Origin: Rotaria sp.
Taxonomy: Eukaryota
Direction of reading: 5' to 3'
Length of the DNA stretch: 12,525 bases
Assembly (NCBI GenBank): GCA_905330805.1
Contig: CAJNWK010000397.1
Span: 39,596-52,120, forward strand
The notes beneath the pieces were generated by a model. It had not been told where the DNA came from and made no database searches. It saw nothing but the letters and a program-made list of their open reading frames with translations. This document shows positions 9,966-12,525 of the stretch, in pieces; position 1 is the first letter of the stretch; each line of letters begins with the position of its first letter. A program made the translations under genes and the position numbers.

Positions 9966-10082
9966 GTATTAAAATTAAAAATAATGCTAACTTAATCCTA
10001 ACATTTCGACATTAGTTACGTCTAATGTCAATAATGCTGAAGCATTAGTCTTAATAGTTAATGTTAATGCTAATTTTAATAC
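9966..10082. mobile_element. 117-bp candidate foldback/MITE-like element
   Basis: Perfect 12-bp terminal inverted repeats GTATTAAAATTA (9966..9977) and TAATTTTAATAC (10071..10082). Flanks CACAT and GACAT form an imperfect 5-bp direct repeat. Two hairpins lie inside: 10008..10029 (8-bp stem, 6-nt loop) and 10032..10047 (7-bp stem, 2-nt loop). Confidence 0.4.
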
Positions 10083-10242
10083 GACATCCCATAATATGTC
10101 CATTTAGGTACTATTAAAGCGTAAAATAAAGATAGACTTAATTGTGTAAACAGAGACGAAAGTAAATTATAGACTCATTGATCTATTTACTTTTCAATAG
10201 AACGATATTCGAAAGATATTCAGTTCTCGATAATTTTCCTTC

Positions 10243-10571
10243 TTATATCAGTAATTTATATTTTGTATTAATAATATTGAAGACAAATGAAATGTTTTTT
10301 TTAAATTGTTTTCGAATGATTCGTTGTAAATCCTTGATGGCTTGATTAAAATCATTTATATATGACTTTGAAGTTAATACAAAGACAATAAAGAAATGCA
10401 TTAGTGGAGTACATGAAATAAAATAACCAGCTATTGTAAAATAGAATTAGATTGATAGTTAACAATACACCAAGTTCGATGTTCTTGTTCATCATGAATT
10501 AAATGGCGATGAATTGACTCATGAATTCCTGTTAATATTATTATTATTATAACAAATGAAATCACCCATTT
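10243..10571 (-). pseudogene. C-terminal fragments of an EGF-like/7TM receptor-like gene, in two frames
   Basis: Manual translation of minus strand. 10571..10434 gives KWVISFVIIIIILTGIHESIHRHLIHDEQEHRTWCIVNYQSNSILQ, then TAG. 10440..10243 gives FTIAGYFISCTPLMHFFIVFVLTSKSYINDFNQAIKDLQRIIRKQFKKNISFVFNIINTKYKLLI*. Both read as TM segments of one 7TM family, with the region between them missing. Confidence 0.6.
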
Positions 10572-11465
10572 TCATATCCGAAGCCAACATAAACAATTTA
10601 AAGTTCTAAGTTCTAACGAGGGGCTATCAGAATTTATTTAAACCATAGGGCTTATCTTTTGATAGCATATAATATACTTTAACTGTAGCAAAAGTGAGCT
10701 AGAGTTCTGAAGAATTAGTCCTGACACTAAAGTGACCTTCCACCCTACGTGTCATTCTTCCTCTCATTCTTAGTCACGTACATGATTTGTGAGATTATTA
10801 CTATTTCTGACGGCAAACGGACAATATTTGAAAAGAAAGGGAGTGAGTGTACTCAAATTTTTTAGTTTCAACTGAATCATTCAGTGAATATTGTTTTTCA
10901 TAAAAATTTCATAGAATACTGACTAGAATTCGTTCGTTGAAAACGAGAGATCGCCATGACTGTGATCTGTACCAAAATTCACTCATAGTCAGTTACGACA
11001 AACTTTTCTTTTTTCTACTTCTCTTTTCATCTCAATTTACAAGCACCCACCTTTAGCTGCTTTTCTTCTGTTGCTTTATATAATTCTTATTAAAGAGCCA
11101 GCATATAGTCTGCTAAAATCGTAGTGTAACTGAATGAGATATACTATCAACTGATAATTCGAGTAGAGTACGACCAATAACAAGAACACATTGGAAAAAA
11201 TTTATAAAACCTAATCTGCTAACAGTATCAAGTGATTCACTATTAGAAGTCATGAAATCGGTTCATGTTATGTTTTAGTTTCATCTTTCATTTTGCGAAG
11301 AAAACGATTCGATTTGTTTTTCATTGATTAATTATCTCGTTATTCTGTTTATGAAGTAAAGCGGAATTTTAATGACATAAGTTAATGTACTTTTGCGCAC
11401 CACAAGTATCGATAGCCGTTTTGTTATAGATCAAATCAATACAATCAATTCAGTTTTCTTGACTC

Positions 11466-11485
11466 ACAGTCACAAATGTGACTGT
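11466..11485. repeat. Near-perfect palindrome: 9-bp inverted repeat, 2-nt spacer
   Basis: ACAGTCACA-AA-TGTGACTGT. Confidence 0.6.
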
Positions 11486-11639
11486 AATCAGAAAATAGTG
11501 GTCATGCTGATGTCTAATGAGAACGGAATACAGTTTAATCGTTTATTGTTAGATTCAGACAACTACTTATGAATACTGAACATTGTTTTCATTTCTAGAT
11601 AAATTTCAAATGATTTGAAAAGATTTGTAATCAATAAAA

Positions 11640-12477
11640 CTAATAAATAATATAATTTATCTTTTTACTTTTTATTTTGTTAAAAGTATGTCTCATAACT
11701 ATATTAAAAACTCGTTCAATAGCAAAACAAGTATAGAGCCAATCAGTCATATTAAATAATATTCGAAGTAAAAATTCTATTAATATATAATTATTTTGTA
11801 AAATCCAAAATTGAACAAAAATTTCACTTTGAATTAATAAAAGTAAAAGAAATTTCAATATAAATATAAATATAATTAATAAACAAATTATTGATGATGT
11901 AAAAAGAAAAACAAATTCTACAACCGACTTGACATAGATTTTTTCTTCGAAAAATTATTATTGATAAAATAGCACCAATAACATCTAGAGAAAAAATATT
12001 CATCACTAAAATCATACTTGTTTGAACAGGTTTTGATTGATGAGAAAATTTAATATTAGCTTTTATATAATAATCTAATATAATATCTAATGAAAAACCA
12101 TAAACTTTTGTTAAAAATCGGCATTGACTACTATAAAAACAATCTGGACATAAATAAATACTTGTTGTTGAACAGTGATAATTATCTTGAAAACATTGAC
12201 CATTATTTAAACAATAATTATTTCCTTGACAATCATTTTTTATATTAAAATCAAAATTAAAACAACTTGAATGATTATTATTTGTATATAAAGACATAAA
12301 TCTACCAAGATAATAAAAACATGGCAAATGATTATATATTTGGCATAGCAAATGATAATACTTTATATGTCTGGATAGAAAATAATTAATTATTGTTAAA
12401 TTAAACAATTCATTTATAGATAAACATCTTTGAGAAGATACAATTTCGGGTATGCATGTAGAGATAATCCAAATCAT
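11640..12477 (-). pseudogene. N-terminal half of an EGF-like domain + 7TM protein of bdelloid type, frameshifted
   Basis: Upstream frame: ...CLSINELFNLTIIN..., EGF-like DCQGNNYCLNNGQCFQDNYHCSTTSIYLCPDCFYSSQCRF, then a TM segment ending DVIGAILSIIIFRRKNLCQVGC. Reading continues in a second frame (...LFTSSIICLLIIFIFILKFLLLLLIQSEIF...LLRILFNMTDWLYTCFAIERVFNIVMRHTFNKIKSKKI) down to TAG at 11640. Confidence 0.65.
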
Positions 12478-12525
12478 AACATCCACACCTACATGTATAT
12501 TCTGATCTAATCAATTTTTTTTTCA

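Noticed and set aside
1-12525. Search for CRISPR array, toxin-antitoxin, restriction or phage-defence modules
   Set aside because: No regularly spaced direct repeats and no such protein motifs. The introns and gene content point to a eukaryotic genome.

Overview
This window looks like AT-rich nuclear DNA from a metazoan, most likely a bdelloid rotifer (inference). Spliceosomal introns are short (54 and 57 nt) and one locus matches a rotifer-type EGF-like/7TM protein family as I remember it. Supportable content: (1) the 3' part of a multi-pass membrane protein gene, open to the left window edge (1..729 +); (2) an intronless, apparently intact vanadium-dependent haloperoxidase-like gene of the PAP2/VHPO superfamily with all three vanadate-site motifs and a signal-like N-terminus (4127..5581/5605 -), a horizontal-transfer candidate; (3) a three-exon short-chain dehydrogenase/reductase resembling acetoin/diacetyl (meso-butanediol) reductases (7134..8024 -), from which a 259-aa protein can be reconstructed; (4) a decayed EGF-like + 7TM gene on the minus strand. 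Its front half (11640..12477) carries a frameshift, and its back half, missed by the ORF track, lies about 1.08 kb away (10243..10571) in two frames with an apparent internal deletion; (5) a degenerate T-rich tandem-repeat tract (about 9415..9690); (6) a 117-bp candidate foldback/MITE-like element (9966..10082) with 12-bp perfect terminal inverted repeats. I see no CRISPR array, rRNA, tRNA or prokaryotic defence system. The most interesting points are the foreign-looking enzyme genes and the split 7TM pseudogene.
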